DNA of 64,000 nt from an uncultured Pelagibacteraceae bacterium. Lineage in GTDB: Bacteria; Pseudomonadota; Alphaproteobacteria; Pelagibacterales; Pelagibacteraceae. The stretch lies in NCBI GenBank assembly GCA_902517745.1, contig CABYDS010000003.1:33022-97021 (forward strand), given 5' to 3'. The position numbers were made by a program, and so were the translations under genes. The notes under the pieces were generated by a model, which had not been told where the DNA came from, ran no database searches, and saw only the letters and a list, made by a program, of their open reading frames with translations. Positions 11,407 to 24,999 of the stretch are shown here, piece by piece; positions within the stretch are counted from its first letter, which is position 1, and each line of letters begins with the position of its first letter.

Positions 11407-14145
11407 TTAAATTAAGATGTCCATGCCTTTCACAACTTGACTCAAAAATTTTCCAACAAACTGGGCATTTTGTTCCCCTAGCTTTTTTTTGCAACTACAT
11501 CAATACTATTTTTTAAATTTTCTTCTTTAATTACAGAAGCAGATGAAGTTATACAAATTTCAGCAAAATTTATATTTTTTGCTTTATCATAAAATTCTTT
11601 ATTTAACTTTATCTCAATCATTGCCTCTAAACTTGAGCCAATTGATTTTTCAGCTCTCATGTTCTCAATAGAAATGTTTGCCTCATCTCTAATTTTTTTT
11701 ACATATTCCCAATCTGAGCTTATTTCTTTATTTTTCCAAGAATTTGGAACGGAAACAAAATTTTGCAAATGTATACTTTGTCTATCTTCTTCTTTTTTAA
11801 CCAATTGATAAATTTCTTCAGTTGTAAATGATAATATTGGGGCAAACCATTTTAGGAGACATTGTAAAATAATATTTAAAAGAGTTATGCAGTTCTTTCT
11901 TTTTTCGGAATTCAAAGCCTCACAATATAAAGTGTCTTTCCTGATATCAAAATAAAAGGCTGAAAGCTCAACTGTACAAAAATTTAGTAATTCTTTATAT
12001 AAGTTGTGAAAATTATAAACTTTAAAATTATTTTTAAAATTCTCATTTATTATATAAATTCTGTGAAGCATAAATTTTTCAAGTGAATCAAAGTTTTCAA
12101 ACTTAACTTTTTCGAAATCGAGATTTTCATATTGATCTTGAATATTTCCTAAAAGATATCTAAATGTGTTTCTAATTTTTCTATAAGACTCTGCATGTTG
12201 ATCTAAAATTGAATAATCTATTCTTAAATCTTCAGCATAATTTGAAGATGCAACCCAAATTCTTAATATATCAGCTCCGTATTTTTTAAGTATATCTTGT
12301 GGAGCAATTACGTTGCCTGTTGATTTTGACATTTTAAGACCTTTTCCATCTACAACAAAACCATGAGAAAGAATGCTTTCAAATGGAGCGACTCCTCTTG
12401 TTCCACATGATTCAAGTAATGAGGAGTGAAACCATCCTCTATGTTGATCTGAGCCCTCTAAATACATAGATGCTGGCCATTTGAGGTCGTCTCTTTTCTC
12501 TAAAACAAAAGAGTGAGTGGATCCACTGTCAAACCAAACTTCAACTATGTCTGATAATTTTTCATAATCTTCTGCTTTATACTTGTCTCCAAGAAAGATC
12601 TGATAATCATCATTAAACCAACAATCAGAACCTTCTTTTTCATAAATTTTTGCAATATTTTCAAATACTTCATCATCAACTAAAACATCACCAGTTTTTT
12701 TTGAAATAAAAATTGGTAGTGGCACACCCCAAACTCTTTGTCTTGATACACACCAGTCTGGTCTAGTTTCAATCATTGATTTTATTCTTTCTTTTCCTTT
12801 TGAAGGATAAAAATCTGTATTATCGATAGCTTTTAATGCTTTATCTCTTAACCCGTGACTTTCCATTGATATAAACCATTGTGGTGTTGCCCTATGAACT
12901 AGTGGAGCTTTTGATCTCCAAGAATGAGGATAAGAGTGAGTTAGTTTTCCATTTGTTACTAAATTTTTATGTTCATCTAATTTTTCTATAATTAAGTTAT
13001 TAGCCTTAAAAATATGTAAACCTTCAAAAAGTTTAATTTCACTTGTATATTTTCCATCACCATCAACTGTTTCAATTGCTTTGATATTATTATTTAAACA
13101 AAGATTGAAGTCATCTGGTCCATGGCTCGGAGCACAATGTACAATACCTGTTCCTTGTTCAGTAGTGACAAAATTAGCCTCAAGCATAGGAATATCATAA
13201 TTATATTCCATTTTAGAAAATGGATGACTGCAAATAGTTCCTTTTAAATCTTTGCCTAAAAATTCGTTTAAAACTCTAATATTTTCTATGGAAGTATCTT
13301 TTTTAAAAGAATCTAATAAGTCTTTCGCAATTACTATTTTTCTGTTAACAAAATTTTTTTTATCATTAATTTCAAGCAATACATATTTAAGGCTAGCATT
13401 ATAAGCTAGGGCTTTATTTGCAGGAATAGTCCAGGGAGTTGTAGTCCAAATTATTACGTCAGCACCTTTAATTATATCTAAATTTGAAAATTTCACTTTA
13501 AATGCAGCATAAATAGTATCTGAAACATGATCCATGTATTCAACCTCAGCGTCAGCTAAAGCTGTTTTTTCAACAGTAGACCAAAGAACTGGCTTGTAAC
13601 CTCTGTAAAGACTACCCTCTTTTAGAAATTTTCCAAGTTCCCTAACTATTTGAGCTTCAGCATCAAATGACATTGTTGAATAGTAGTTTTCCCAATCACC
13701 AATTACCCCAAGTCTTGTAAATTCTCCTTTATGAACATCTATCCATTTGTTTGCAAACTCTCTACATTCTTTTCTGAATTCAATTATTGGAACATCATTT
13801 TTATTTTTTTTTATTCTTTTTATATTGTTCTTCAATTTTCCACTCAATAGGTAACCCATGACAATCCCAGCCAGGAACATAAACTGAGTCCTTTCCATCC
13901 ATTTGATGAAATTTTGTAATTATGTCTTTTAAAATTTTATTCAAAGCGGTACCCATATGAATATTTCCATTTGCATATGGAGGCCCATCATGGAGCACAA
14001 ATTTTTCTTGCCCTTTACTTTTTTTTCTTAACAAATTGTACAGGTCAATTTTCTTCCAAAATTCAATGTAATTTGGCTCCTTGTTTGGCAAATTTGCCTT
14101 CATTGAGAATTTTGTTTTAGGTAGATTTATATGTTCCTTGCTCAT
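11396..14145 (-). CDS. ileS: Isoleucine--tRNA ligase, two +1 homopolymer frameshifts (near 13804-13812 and 11483-11490)
   Basis: [42 protein letters not shown] and KMSKS. The corrected C-terminus reads ...[12 protein letters not shown]...CERHG to TGA at 11396. Confidence 0.95.
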
Positions 14146-14151
14146 AATATT

Positions 14152-15080
14152 TTATCTTTTAGCAACTTTAATATCTTTCTTTATCTGCTTTTTTAAAGCA
14201 TCAATATTTTTAAATTTTGTTTCTCCTCTAATAAATTTTGTAAAATTAATAGTTAGATTTTTATTATAAAGATTTCCAGAAAATTTAAATAAATTTACCT
14301 CTAATAATAATTTTTTTTGATTAAAAGTAGGCCTATAACCAATATTTGCTATTCCTGTGATTTTTTTTTCTGTTTTTTTTCGATATAAACATCAACTGCA
14401 TAAACTCCTACTTTTGGTATTACATAGTTTTTTACATTTATGTTACACGTCGGAAAACCAATTTTTCTTCCCATCATTCTACCCTTTTCAACAACACCTT
14501 CTATTGACCAATTTCTTGTTAAAAGTTGATTTGCAATTTTTAAATTACCATTTTCGATTAATTTTCTTATTAATGTTGAAGAAATAATTTTATTTTTTTT
14601 ATATAATGGTTTTGGGTTAATTAATTTATAATTATATTTTTTTTGAAATCTTTTTAATAGATTTACGTCGCCCTCTCTCTTATTTCCAAATCTAAAATTA
14701 TTACTAACAAAAATATAATCTGCACTTAACTTTTTGCATAAAATATTCTTAATAAAATTATGACAAGATATTTTAGAGAATTTTTTATCAAATTTTTTAT
14801 TTATTAAAAAATCAACGTTATAATCACTAAAATATCTGCTTTTTTGATTAAGATTTGAAAGTCGATAATTCGTAATACTTTTATCAAAGTACATTTTTGG
14901 TATTGGATCAAATGTCACCACTCCAATTTTAGAATTATATTTTTTTTTATATTTTTTTGCTTCTTTGAATAATTTTTGATGGCCTAAGTGTAATCCATCG
15001 AAATTACCAATTAGTATCATGGCATTTTGATGTTTTTTTAAAATCTCAAAATTTTTATAAATTTTAATTTTGTTCACCAT
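14152..15080 (-). CDS. ribF: Bifunctional riboflavin kinase/FAD synthetase, frameshift in T-runs 14361-14380
   Basis: GNFDGLHLGH, ISSTLIR and GRKIGFPT. The shifted frame continues GIANIGYRPTF...LEVNLF...FIRGETKF...QIKKDI to TAA at 14152. Confidence 0.93.
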
Positions 15081-15889
15081 TTTAATTTTGTTTGAGTGTA
15101 ATTCACACTAACTCCATATTTTTTTTCTAATTTATCAATATTTAAAATACTTAATTCTTTTTTATGTATACCACTCGTTATTAACAAATTGTCAAAATTT
15201 TGAATATTAGCTCCTTTTATATCTGTATTCATATTATCTCCGATACATAAAACATTTTTACCATTTATGTTAGCAGATAAATTATAAACTGGAGGATAAG
15301 GTTTTCCAAAGTAAATTACTTTCCCACCAATTTCCTCAAATATTTTTGCAACTGATCCAGCGCAAAACTCTCTAACATCTCCTCTTTCAACAATTAGGTC
15401 TGGATTGGTACACACAAATTTTTTATTTGAAAATTTCTCAAGTAAATCTTTATAATATTCAAGTTTTGTCTCATGATCTTCAAATAACCCTGTGCAAATA
15501 AAATAATCAGCTTGACTAATATTACTAACTTTATTTTGTTCAAATCTTTTAAATAAGTCAAAATCTCTTGGTGGTCCAATGTGATAAAATTTTGCATTTA
15601 GAAAATTTTCCATTAAATATTTTAATGAAGCTTCTCCGGAGGTGTATACATCTTCATAATATTTTTTGAGTCCTATTTTTTTTAAAAAATCAATAACTGT
15701 AGAATTTGGTCTTGGAGCATTGGTAAGTAATACAAACTCTTTATTATTTTTTTTTAAATTTTCTAATACTTCAATAGAATCTTCAAAAATTTGTAATCCG
15801 TTATGGATAACCCCCCATATGTCGATAAAAAATAATTCGTAACTATTTATTTTAGATCTTAATCCATCTTTGTCTAAGTTTTGGGGCAT
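15074..15889 (-). CDS. HAD-superfamily IIA hydrolase (TIGR01459 type)
   Basis: DIWGVIHNG, LTNAPR, CTNPD, GKP and IGD...TDI motifs; usual position upstream of ribF. Confidence 0.88.
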   Translation of the reverse strand: MPQNLDKDGLRSKINSYELFFIDIWGVIHNGLQIFEDSIEVLENLKKNNKEFVLLTNAPRPNSTVIDFLKKIGLKKYYEDVYTSGEASLKYLMENFLNAKFYHIGPPRDFDLFKRFEQNKVSNISQADYFICTGLFEDHETKLEYYKDLLEKFSNKKFVCTNPDLIVERGDVREFCAGSVAKIFEEIGGKVIYFGKPYPPVYNLSANINGKNVLCIGDNMNTDIKGANIQNFDNLLITSGIHKKELSILNIDKLEKKYGVSVNYTQTKLKW

Positions 15890-15956
15890 ACTTGAGGTAT
15901 AGCTTAAAAATATGCTTTATTCTTGGGTTTTTTAGACCATAATTTTTATTCAAGAT

Positions 15957-15985
15957 CTTGAAAATTATTAAATATGTCTCTATAT
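15957..15985 (+). promoter_or_regulatory. RpoH (sigma32)-type promoter of groESL
   Basis: CTTGAA (15957-15962), 16-nt spacer, TCTATAT; SD AAGGAG before ATG 16012. Confidence 0.7.
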
Positions 15986-16011
15986 GACTGCTAATTTAAA
16001 GGAGAATTCGT

Positions 16012-16305
16012 ATGAAGTTTAAACCGTTACATGACCGTGTTTTAATAGAAGTTTTGGATAGCAGCGAAAAAACTGCTGGTGGCATAATTATTCCAGATAC
16101 AGCTCAAGAAAAACCTCAAGAAGGTAAAGTTGTTGCTGTCGGCGGAGGTGCAAAAACTGAAGATGGAAAACTAATACCTATGGACGTTAAAGTAGGAGAT
16201 AAAGTTTTATTCGGTAAGTGGTCAGGAACAGAAGTTAAAATTGATGGTAAAGAGTACAGCATAATGAAAGAATCTGACATTATGGGTATTGCAACAGGTA
16301 AATAA
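16012..16305 (+). CDS. groES: Co-chaperonin GroES
   Basis: [25 protein letters not shown] motifs. Confidence 0.99.
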   Translation: MKFKPLHDRVLIEVLDSSEKTAGGIIIPDTAQEKPQEGKVVAVGGGAKTEDGKLIPMDVKVGDKVLFGKWSGTEVKIDGKEYSIMKESDIMGIATGK

Positions 16306-16312
16306 TTAATAA

Positions 16313-17980
<1,668 letters not shown>

Positions 17981-18001
17981 TCCCCATTTATCTCAAACAA
18001 A

Positions 18002-18042
18002 AATTCAAAAAGGGCAGTTTTAACTGCCCTTTTTTTTGAATT
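18002..18042 (+). terminator. Intrinsic terminator after groEL
   Basis: AATTCAAAAAGGGCAGTT-TT-AACTGCCCTTTTTTTTGAATT stem-loop with U-tract. Confidence 0.9.
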
Positions 18043-18077
18043 GAAAAAAAATATTTTGAATATATAAGAACGCGCAA

Positions 18078-19905
18078 ATGACAACATCAATACGTAACAT
18101 CACCATAATTGCTCATGTTGACCATGGCAAGACTACTTTGATTGATAACTTAATGAAACAGAGTGGTTCTTTTAGAGAAAATGAAGTTGTTGATGAAAGA
18201 CTGATGGACTCCGGCGAACTTGAAAAGGAAAGAGGTATTACAATTCTTGCCAAACCAGCTTCAATAAATTGGAAAGATTCTAGAATTAATATTATTGATA
18301 CACCTGGACACAGGGATTTTGCTGCAGAAGTTGAAAGAGTTCTTAGTATGGCTGATGGTGCATTATTGTTAATTGATTCAGCCGAAGGGGTAATGCCTCA
18401 AACTAAATTTGTATTAGCTAAAGCACTCAAACAAGGCCTTAAACCAATAGTAGTTATTAATAAATTAGACAAAGCTGACCAAAGAGCCGATGAAGTTTTA
18501 AATGAGACTTTTGACTTATTTGTAAGCTTAGATGCCAACGAAGAGCAATTAGACTTTCCAGTTATTTACGCAAGTGGAAGATCTGGCTGGGCATCTAACG
18601 AAATAGATGGCCCAAGAGAGAACTTAAATCCATTATTAGATTTAGTAATAGATCATGTAAAGCCAGCAGAATTTGACAAGTCAAAGCCTTTTGCAATGCT
18701 TTCGACTCTTTTATATGCAGATAGTTTTCTAGGTAGAAGTTTAGTTGGTAGAATTTCACAAGGTACTGCAAAAGCAAATCAACAAATCAAGGCAATTAAT
18801 CTTGATGGAGAAAAAGTTGATGAGGGAAGGTTGACTAAAATATTTAGATATGAGGGGACAAAAAAAGTGCCAATAGAAGTTGGCGAAGCTGGAGATATTG
18901 TAGTTATCGCTGGATTAGAAAAAGCAAATGTTGCTGATACAATATGTGATACTGAGGTAGATATACCAATTCAAGCAACCCCGATTGATCCTCCAACGAT
19001 GTCTATTAAGATTACAGTAAATAGTTCTCCATTAGCTGGAACTGAGGGTAAAAAACTTACAAGTACTCAAATTAGAGAGAGATTAGTTCAAGAAGCTCAA
19101 AATAATGTCGGAATTTCATTTTCAGAAAATGAAAACAAAGATTCATTTGAAATAAGCGGAAGAGGTGAATTGATGTTAGAAATATTATTGACACAAATGA
19201 GACGTGAAGGGTTTGAAATGACAGTAAGCCCTCCTAGAGTTTTATTTCAAAAAAAATGAAAATGGTGAAAAATTAGAACCTATTGAAGAAATTACTATGG
19301 ATCTTGACGAAGAGTTTTCTTCAAAAGTTATAGACTCCATGAATAAAAGAAAAGGAAAGTTAATAGATCTTAAAGATACTGGAAAAAATAAAAAACGATT
19401 AATCTTTCATGCACCAACTAGAGGTTTAATGGGATACACTAGTAGATTTCTTACTCTAACTAAAGGAACAGGAGTAATAAACAGAATATTCCATTCTTAT
19501 GGAAAATTTGAGGGAGATATGGAAGGCAGAAGAAATGGTGCATTAATTTCTATGGAGCAAGGAAAAGCAGTAGCATTTGCAATTTATAATCTACAGGCAA
19601 GAGGAGAAATGTTTGTTACTCATAACGATCCAGTTTATTCAGGTATGATTGTGGGATTGTCACCTAAACCTGGTGATATGATTATAAATGTCATGAAAGG
19701 TAAAAAACTTACAAATATGAGGACACAAGGAACAGATGAAAATGTTGTTTTAACTCCCGTAAGAAAGATGTCTATTGCTGAACAATTGAGTATGTTAAAT
19801 TCTGATGAAGCACTAGAAATTACACCAAATTCATGCAGATTAAGGAAAGCTGTACTTGATCCTCACGAGAGAAAAAAGCTCTCTAAATTATCTGAAGCTT
19901 CTTAA
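18078..19905 (+). CDS. typA: Translational GTPase TypA/BipA, frameshift (+1 A) at A-run 19249-19256
   Basis: AHVDHGKTT, ERGITI, DTPGH and NKLD; C-terminal ORF has KGKKLTNMR and EITP..CRLRK. The halves join as ...FQKNENGEKLEPIEE. Confidence 0.95.
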
Positions 19906-19910
19906 AATTA

Positions 19911-20366
19911 TTATTCAGATTTATTTTGGGTAAAAGGCAGCCACTTTTCAAACGCTGATTTACTAGGTCCGTCATATGGAATTGAGTAAGAGTTTGTTCT
20001 TGTCAATACTTCAATTCCTTTTGAGAAAACAAAAATAAAAACTATGACAAAAACAATTGTCATTATTTTAAATGGATCAAAATTTTTTGTCTTAAAAACA
20101 CTAACAGCTTTTGCTTCAGCTCTATGAAATTGTTTAAACGTATAATAAACAGCAAATATTAAACCTATATGAGCAACATATGTCCCTGCCCAACCAAATG
20201 CAAAAGTGGCATAAGAAAATACGTATAAACTAAATACTGTTGTCCATATAAAACTCAAAACTAATAATATTTGTAGTCTCACAGTTTTGGGAAGGGCTCT
20301 TAAATCATTTTTACTATCGTCAAATAGTATATTCGCTGATTCTTTCATCCAATTTTTTATAGACAT
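19911..20366 (-). CDS. Hypothetical membrane protein (about 3 TM)
   Basis: 151-aa ORF with three hydrophobic segments; fills the gap between genes. Confidence 0.7.
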   Translation of the reverse strand: MSIKNWMKESANILFDDSKNDLRALPKTVRLQILLVLSFIWTTVFSLYVFSYATFAFGWAGTYVAHIGLIFAVYYTFKQFHRAEAKAVSVFKTKNFDPFKIMTIVFVIVFIFVFSKGIEVLTRTNSYSIPYDGPSKSAFEKWLPFTQNKSE

Positions 20367-20426
20367 AATTTATATTTACAATTTTTATTCAATATTAACA
20401 ATCGACTAATTGTCCACTAAAAACAT

Positions 20427-21076
20427 TTACTTCGTAACTTTATCCACAATATAAATTCCTAAAGCTACTGCAGGACCTATACCAAATGCAAATATTATAG
20501 TACCCAAACCAACAGTTCCTCCCAAATACCAACCAGATATAACAGCTGAAATTTCCAAAGTAGCTCGAATTAAAGCAATAGGAAGTTGAGTTTTTTTTTT
20601 GTTAGACCTGTCATCAATCCATCTCTTGGACCAGGACCTAAATTTGCAATTAAATATATCCCACTTCCTAGACCGACAAGCAAAACAGAAAATACAGCAA
20701 GAATATATTTTGAAAAAGTAGCTAAAGGAGGATCAAAAAGAAAAAGTGTCAAATCGATTATTGTTGCTATAATTAAAATATTTAGAATTGTACCAATTCC
20801 TGGTTTTTGTTTTAGTGGAAACCAAAACCCTAAAACAATAATACTTATTATGAATGTAGATAATCCGATCGAAATATTTAATATGTTTGATAACCCTTCT
20901 GCAAGAACAGACCATGGAGAATTACCAGTAGTAGAAACTAATAAAAGACCCTCTCCCAACCCAAACAAAGATAAACCAACACATAAAAGTAAAAAAGTTG
21001 TAAATTTAGGTTTTAAATTTAAAGGTTTTTCTGAGCTCCAAGATTTTGAGGGGATATTTTTAATGGTTAAAAACAT
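20427..21076 (-). CDS. YczE/YitT-family membrane protein, frameshift at T10 run 20591-20600
   Basis: GNSPWSVLAEGL, GIGTILN and LGPGPRDGLM. The shifted frame continues ...RATLEI...GWYLGGTVGLGTIIFAFGIGP... to TAA at 20427. Confidence 0.85.
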
Positions 21077-21155
21077 AATTCTTTAGACTATTTATCTTTT
21101 AAACATAAAAATTCTATATAAAGTTCAAACAAGTTAATTAAAATGATATGAAATA

Positions 21156-21834
21156 ATGAGAAAATTCTTAGTAATATTGTTGGTTTTATCTCCTCTTTTT
21201 TTGCAAGCACATACTGACCACTATAAAAATTATACAAACATAGAAATGGAGATATTTAAAGATGATGAAAAAATTGGAGAAAGTATTTTCACATTTAAAA
21301 AAGAAGAAAATAAATTTATTGTTAAAAATAAGACTAATTTCAATGTAAAATTATTGGGTGTTACAGTGTTCTCCATAAATAGTAGAGGTACTGAAGAATA
21401 TATTGGAGACCAATTAATTTCATTTAGCTCAGAAACATTTCAAAACAATAAGAGAAAATATGTAAATTTAATTTTTGATGAAAAAAAAGAGAAGTTTATA
21501 ATTGATGGTTCATCATATAAGGGTGAGGCGGATAAAGAAAATATAATTGGTTATTGGTGGAATCATAGAATTTTGCAAACAGAGACACAAATAAGTCCAT
21601 TATCTGGAAGTGTAAAAAAACAAAACATAGAATTTTTAGGAAAAGAAAAAATTAAACTTTATAATAAAGAATATGATGTAGAACACTTTAGACTATTTTC
21701 TACTGACCCAAATCTACCTGATGATAAAAAAATTAAATTTTGAAGTATGGTATGATAAGAAAAAAGCATTAATTATAAAAGTAGCTTATAAAAGAATGGG
21801 TTTGTGGGAATATAGACTAAAAAAAATTCAATAA
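21156..21834 (+). CDS. Exported beta-rich protein (DUF6134-like), frameshift (+1 A) at 21726-21732
   Basis: Signal peptide, IG motif and YWWNH. The corrected C-terminus reads KKLNFEVWYD...GLWEYRLKKIQ* ending 21834. Confidence 0.65.
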
Positions 21835-23151
21835 TTATTTTCCCGCTACTGTCATTTGATTAATCAAAAGTGTAGGTGCATTTGTAGAGTACTTCATCTC
21901 TAGATCGTTTGCCAAAGTAATATTCTTGAACATTTCCTTAAAATTTCCAGCAATAGTTATTTCACTTACTGGGTAAGTTAATTCTCCATCCTCAACCATA
22001 AATCCTGACGCTCCAACTGAGTAATCTCCTGTAATAATATTACCTCCATGGCCTATGGTCTCTGTTATGTATAGAAACTTCTTTTCTGAATTTAGCAAAT
22101 CCTTAAAACTTAAGGTACCGTTTTCAAAGTATAAGTTTGTTGTTCCTCCAGATCTTCCATTAGATTTTAAATTTAACTTTTTACCATAATAAGTATCAAT
22201 TAAATAATTTTTTAAAATGCCATTCTCAACTAGTTTCAGAGAATTTGTTTCAACGCCCTCGCTATCAAAATTTTGAGAACCTAATCCTTTTTCAATTTTT
22301 GGATCATCTATGATATTAATTGAATTTGGAAAAACTTCAGAATTAATTTGATCTTTTAAAAAAGAAGTTCCTCTTGCAATAGCACTCGCACTTATTGCAC
22401 TTGCTAGGGTACTTAATATACCTTTGGAAATTCTTTTATCGAATATAACTCCAATTTTTTCACTCTTAATTTTTTTTGGACCTAACTTTTTTATTGCTTT
22501 TTTGGCAGCTATTTTTCCAATTTCTTCTGGTTTCATCATATCTTGCAAGAATCTTGTGCTACCAAACTCATAATCTCTTTCCATTGCACCATTAATTCTT
22601 GATACTGCTACACATGAAGACGAAAAATTTGAGGTTTTGTATCCACCTAAAAAACCATTACTATTTGCGAGTATAAAATTATTTTTATTTTCGGTAAAAC
22701 CAGCTTCAGTATTAACTATTTTTTCGTCCGTTGATGCTGTCTCTTCAACTTTTTTTAAAAATTCTATCTTTTTATTATTTGGATAATGTGTTTCATCATA
22801 AAGATTAAGGTCTCTTATCTCTTTAGACATTAAATCTTTATCTGGTAATGAATTATTTTCATCTGATGGAGTGATTTTTGTAGCATCAATACAACGTTCT
22901 ATTAGTTTTTCTAAGTTTGATTTAGATAGATCTGATGAATTAATGCTTGATTTTTTTTTCTCTATATAAGTAGTTAAATTGACAGCAAAACTATCTGCTC
23001 TATTTGACTCGTCTAATTTTTTGTTTCTAAAACTAACATTTTCTGAGACAGAGTGAATTACTTTTACACCCACATCTGTTGCTCCTAGTTTTTTAGAGTT
23101 TTCAATACAAAAAGACGCTATATTTTTTAAAAATTCCTGATCCTTTATCAT
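21835..23151 (-). CDS. pmbA: PmbA/TldE metalloprotease partner subunit
   Basis: MERDY, FDSEGV, GDYSVGASG and PVSEITIAGN motifs; downstream of tldD. Confidence 0.92.
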   Translation of the reverse strand: MIKDQEFLKNIASFCIENSKKLGATDVGVKVIHSVSENVSFRNKKLDESNRADSFAVNLTTYIEKKKSSINSSDLSKSNLEKLIERCIDATKITPSDENNSLPDKDLMSKEIRDLNLYDETHYPNNKKIEFLKKVEETASTDEKIVNTEAGFTENKNNFILANSNGFLGGYKTSNFSSSCVAVSRINGAMERDYEFGSTRFLQDMMKPEEIGKIAAKKAIKKLGPKKIKSEKIGVIFDKRISKGILSTLASAISASAIARGTSFLKDQINSEVFPNSINIIDDPKIEKGLGSQNFDSEGVETNSLKLVENGILKNYLIDTYYGKKLNLKSNGRSGGTTNLYFENGTLSFKDLLNSEKKFLYITETIGHGGNIITGDYSVGASGFMVEDGELTYPVSEITIAGNFKEMFKNITLANDLEMKYSTNAPTLLINQMTVAGK

Positions 23152-23156
23152 TTAGA

Positions 23157-24569
23157 TTAAAGTTTTGTTCCACCAACAGTCATCTTATTTATAAGAATTG
23201 ACGGCTGAGCTACTCCTACTGGAACACCTTGTCCAGCTTTCCCGCATGTTCCAATACCTGGATCTAATTTCATGTCATTACCGACTAGTGAAACTTCTTT
23301 TAAAATTGATGGTCCATCTCCAATTAATGTAGCACCTTTGATTGGTGATCCTATTTTACCATTATTGATTTCATATGCTTCTGTGCAGTTAAAGACAAAT
23401 TTTCCTGATGTTATGTCTACTTGTCCTCCCCCAAAACTTACAGCGAAAATACCTTTATCAACTGAACTTATCATTTCATCTTGCGAATATTTACCTGACA
23501 ACATCATTGTATTTCTCATTCTTGGTAAAACCACATGTTTATAACTTTCTCTTCTTCCGCTACCTGTTGATTTAGTTCCCATCAAACGAGCGTTTAAACG
23601 GTCTTGCATATAGTTCTTTAAAATTCCATTTTCTATTAAAACTGTATTTTCAGTAGGCGTTCCTTCATCATCTATCGTTAAACTTCCTCTTCTTTGATGT
23701 AAGGTGCCGTCATCTACAATTGTAACTCCTTCACTTGCTACTTGCTGCCCCATTAAATTATGAAAAGCTGAAGTTTTTTTTCTATTGAAATCTCCTTCAA
23801 GACCATGTCCAATTGCTTCGTGTATCAAAATTGCTGGCCATCCAGGGCCTAAAACAACTTTCATCTCTCCTGCTGGTGCTGGTTTGCTTTCTAAATTCAC
23901 ATTTGCGATTCTAAAAGCTTCATCACATACATCTTTCCAGCTTCCATCTTTTAGATAGTCATCATAGCTTTGTCTTCCTCCAACTCCATAAACACCTGTT
24001 TCTTTTTTTCCATCTTTCTCTAAAACGACTGAAACGTTAAATCTGACTAGTGGCCTATCATCTTTCAAAACTTGATTATCAGAACGAATAATTTCTATTG
24101 ATTTATGTTCACCTAGAAAATTTGCAGTTACTTGATTTACAATTGAGCCTTTTGATCTTAAATAGTTATTAACACTATTCAGCAAATCTATTTTCGAGTT
24201 GAAAGTCTTGCTTTCTATAGGATTAATGTTTTCGTAATATTTGCTATTAGTTTTAGGAATTTCGTGATTATAGGTTCCTTTTTTTGACTTTAACGTATCT
24301 TTTAAATTCTCGCTTGATTTTCTTAGTGACTCTTTTGAAATATCATTAGAATGAGAGTAAGCAACAACCTCTCCTGTCACAGCTCTGAAGCCATATCCTT
24401 GATCAGAGTTATAAGTTGAGCTCTTTATTTTATTATCATCTAAAACAATAGCTTCAGATTTATGATTTTCTAAATATAATTCTCCGTCATCACAATTTTT
24501 TAAGGTTTCAGTAACAATTGCTTCAGCTTGTGATGTATCTATATCTGTTTCTTTGAAGAAATTTGACAT
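23157..24569 (-). CDS. tldD: TldD metalloprotease
   Basis: HEAIGHGLEGD zinc motif, DDEGTP, PRMRNT and CGKAGQGVPVG. Confidence 0.96.
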   Translation of the reverse strand: MSNFFKETDIDTSQAEAIVTETLKNCDDGELYLENHKSEAIVLDDNKIKSSTYNSDQGYGFRAVTGEVVAYSHSNDISKESLRKSSENLKDTLKSKKGTYNHEIPKTNSKYYENINPIESKTFNSKIDLLNSVNNYLRSKGSIVNQVTANFLGEHKSIEIIRSDNQVLKDDRPLVRFNVSVVLEKDGKKETGVYGVGGRQSYDDYLKDGSWKDVCDEAFRIANVNLESKPAPAGEMKVVLGPGWPAILIHEAIGHGLEGDFNRKKTSAFHNLMGQQVASEGVTIVDDGTLHQRRGSLTIDDEGTPTENTVLIENGILKNYMQDRLNARLMGTKSTGSGRRESYKHVVLPRMRNTMMLSGKYSQDEMISSVDKGIFAVSFGGGQVDITSGKFVFNCTEAYEINNGKIGSPIKGATLIGDGPSILKEVSLVGNDMKLDPGIGTCGKAGQGVPVGVAQPSILINKMTVGGTKL

Positions 24570-24654
24570 TGTAAGAATGTAGTAGTGATTATTAATATAT
24601 CAACTGCTTATTTGGCACATTTGTAAAAACAAAATATTCAAATATAGTTTAATT

Positions 24655-24999
24655 ATGAAGGTTTTTTTTAACAATTCATGCAAAATCTGCAGAGCAGAAA
24701 TTAATATTTATAAAAAAGAAAACATAGAAAATTTGAATTGGATAGACATAACTAAAAATAAAAATGCTGAATTAGAAACAAAAAAAACTGATAAAGAGCT
24801 TCTAAGAAGACTTCATGTAGAACAAGATGGAAAAATCTATGTGGGTATTGATGCTTTTTTACTTATTTGGAAAAGTATTCCAAAATACAAGTTTCTTTAT
24901 AAATTTTTTAAACTCCCAGTTATTTACCAATTATTTTATATTGGATATGAAATTGTAGCGTTCTTTTTGTATTTAAAAAATAAACACCAACTAAACTAA
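24655..24999 (+). CDS. DCC1-like thiol-disulfide oxidoreductase (DUF393)
   Basis: N-terminal FFNNSCKIC (CxxC) and LHV..DG...G.DAF pattern. Confidence 0.82.
   Translation: MKVFFNNSCKICRAEINIYKKENIENLNWIDITKNKNAELETKKTDKELLRRLHVEQDGKIYVGIDAFLLIWKSIPKYKFLYKFFKLPVIYQLFYIGYEIVAFFLYLKNKHQLN

Noticed and set aside
15968-15994. Complete CIRCE element at groES
   Set aside because: The left arm (TTAAATATG) does not match TTAGCACTC; only a half-site is present.
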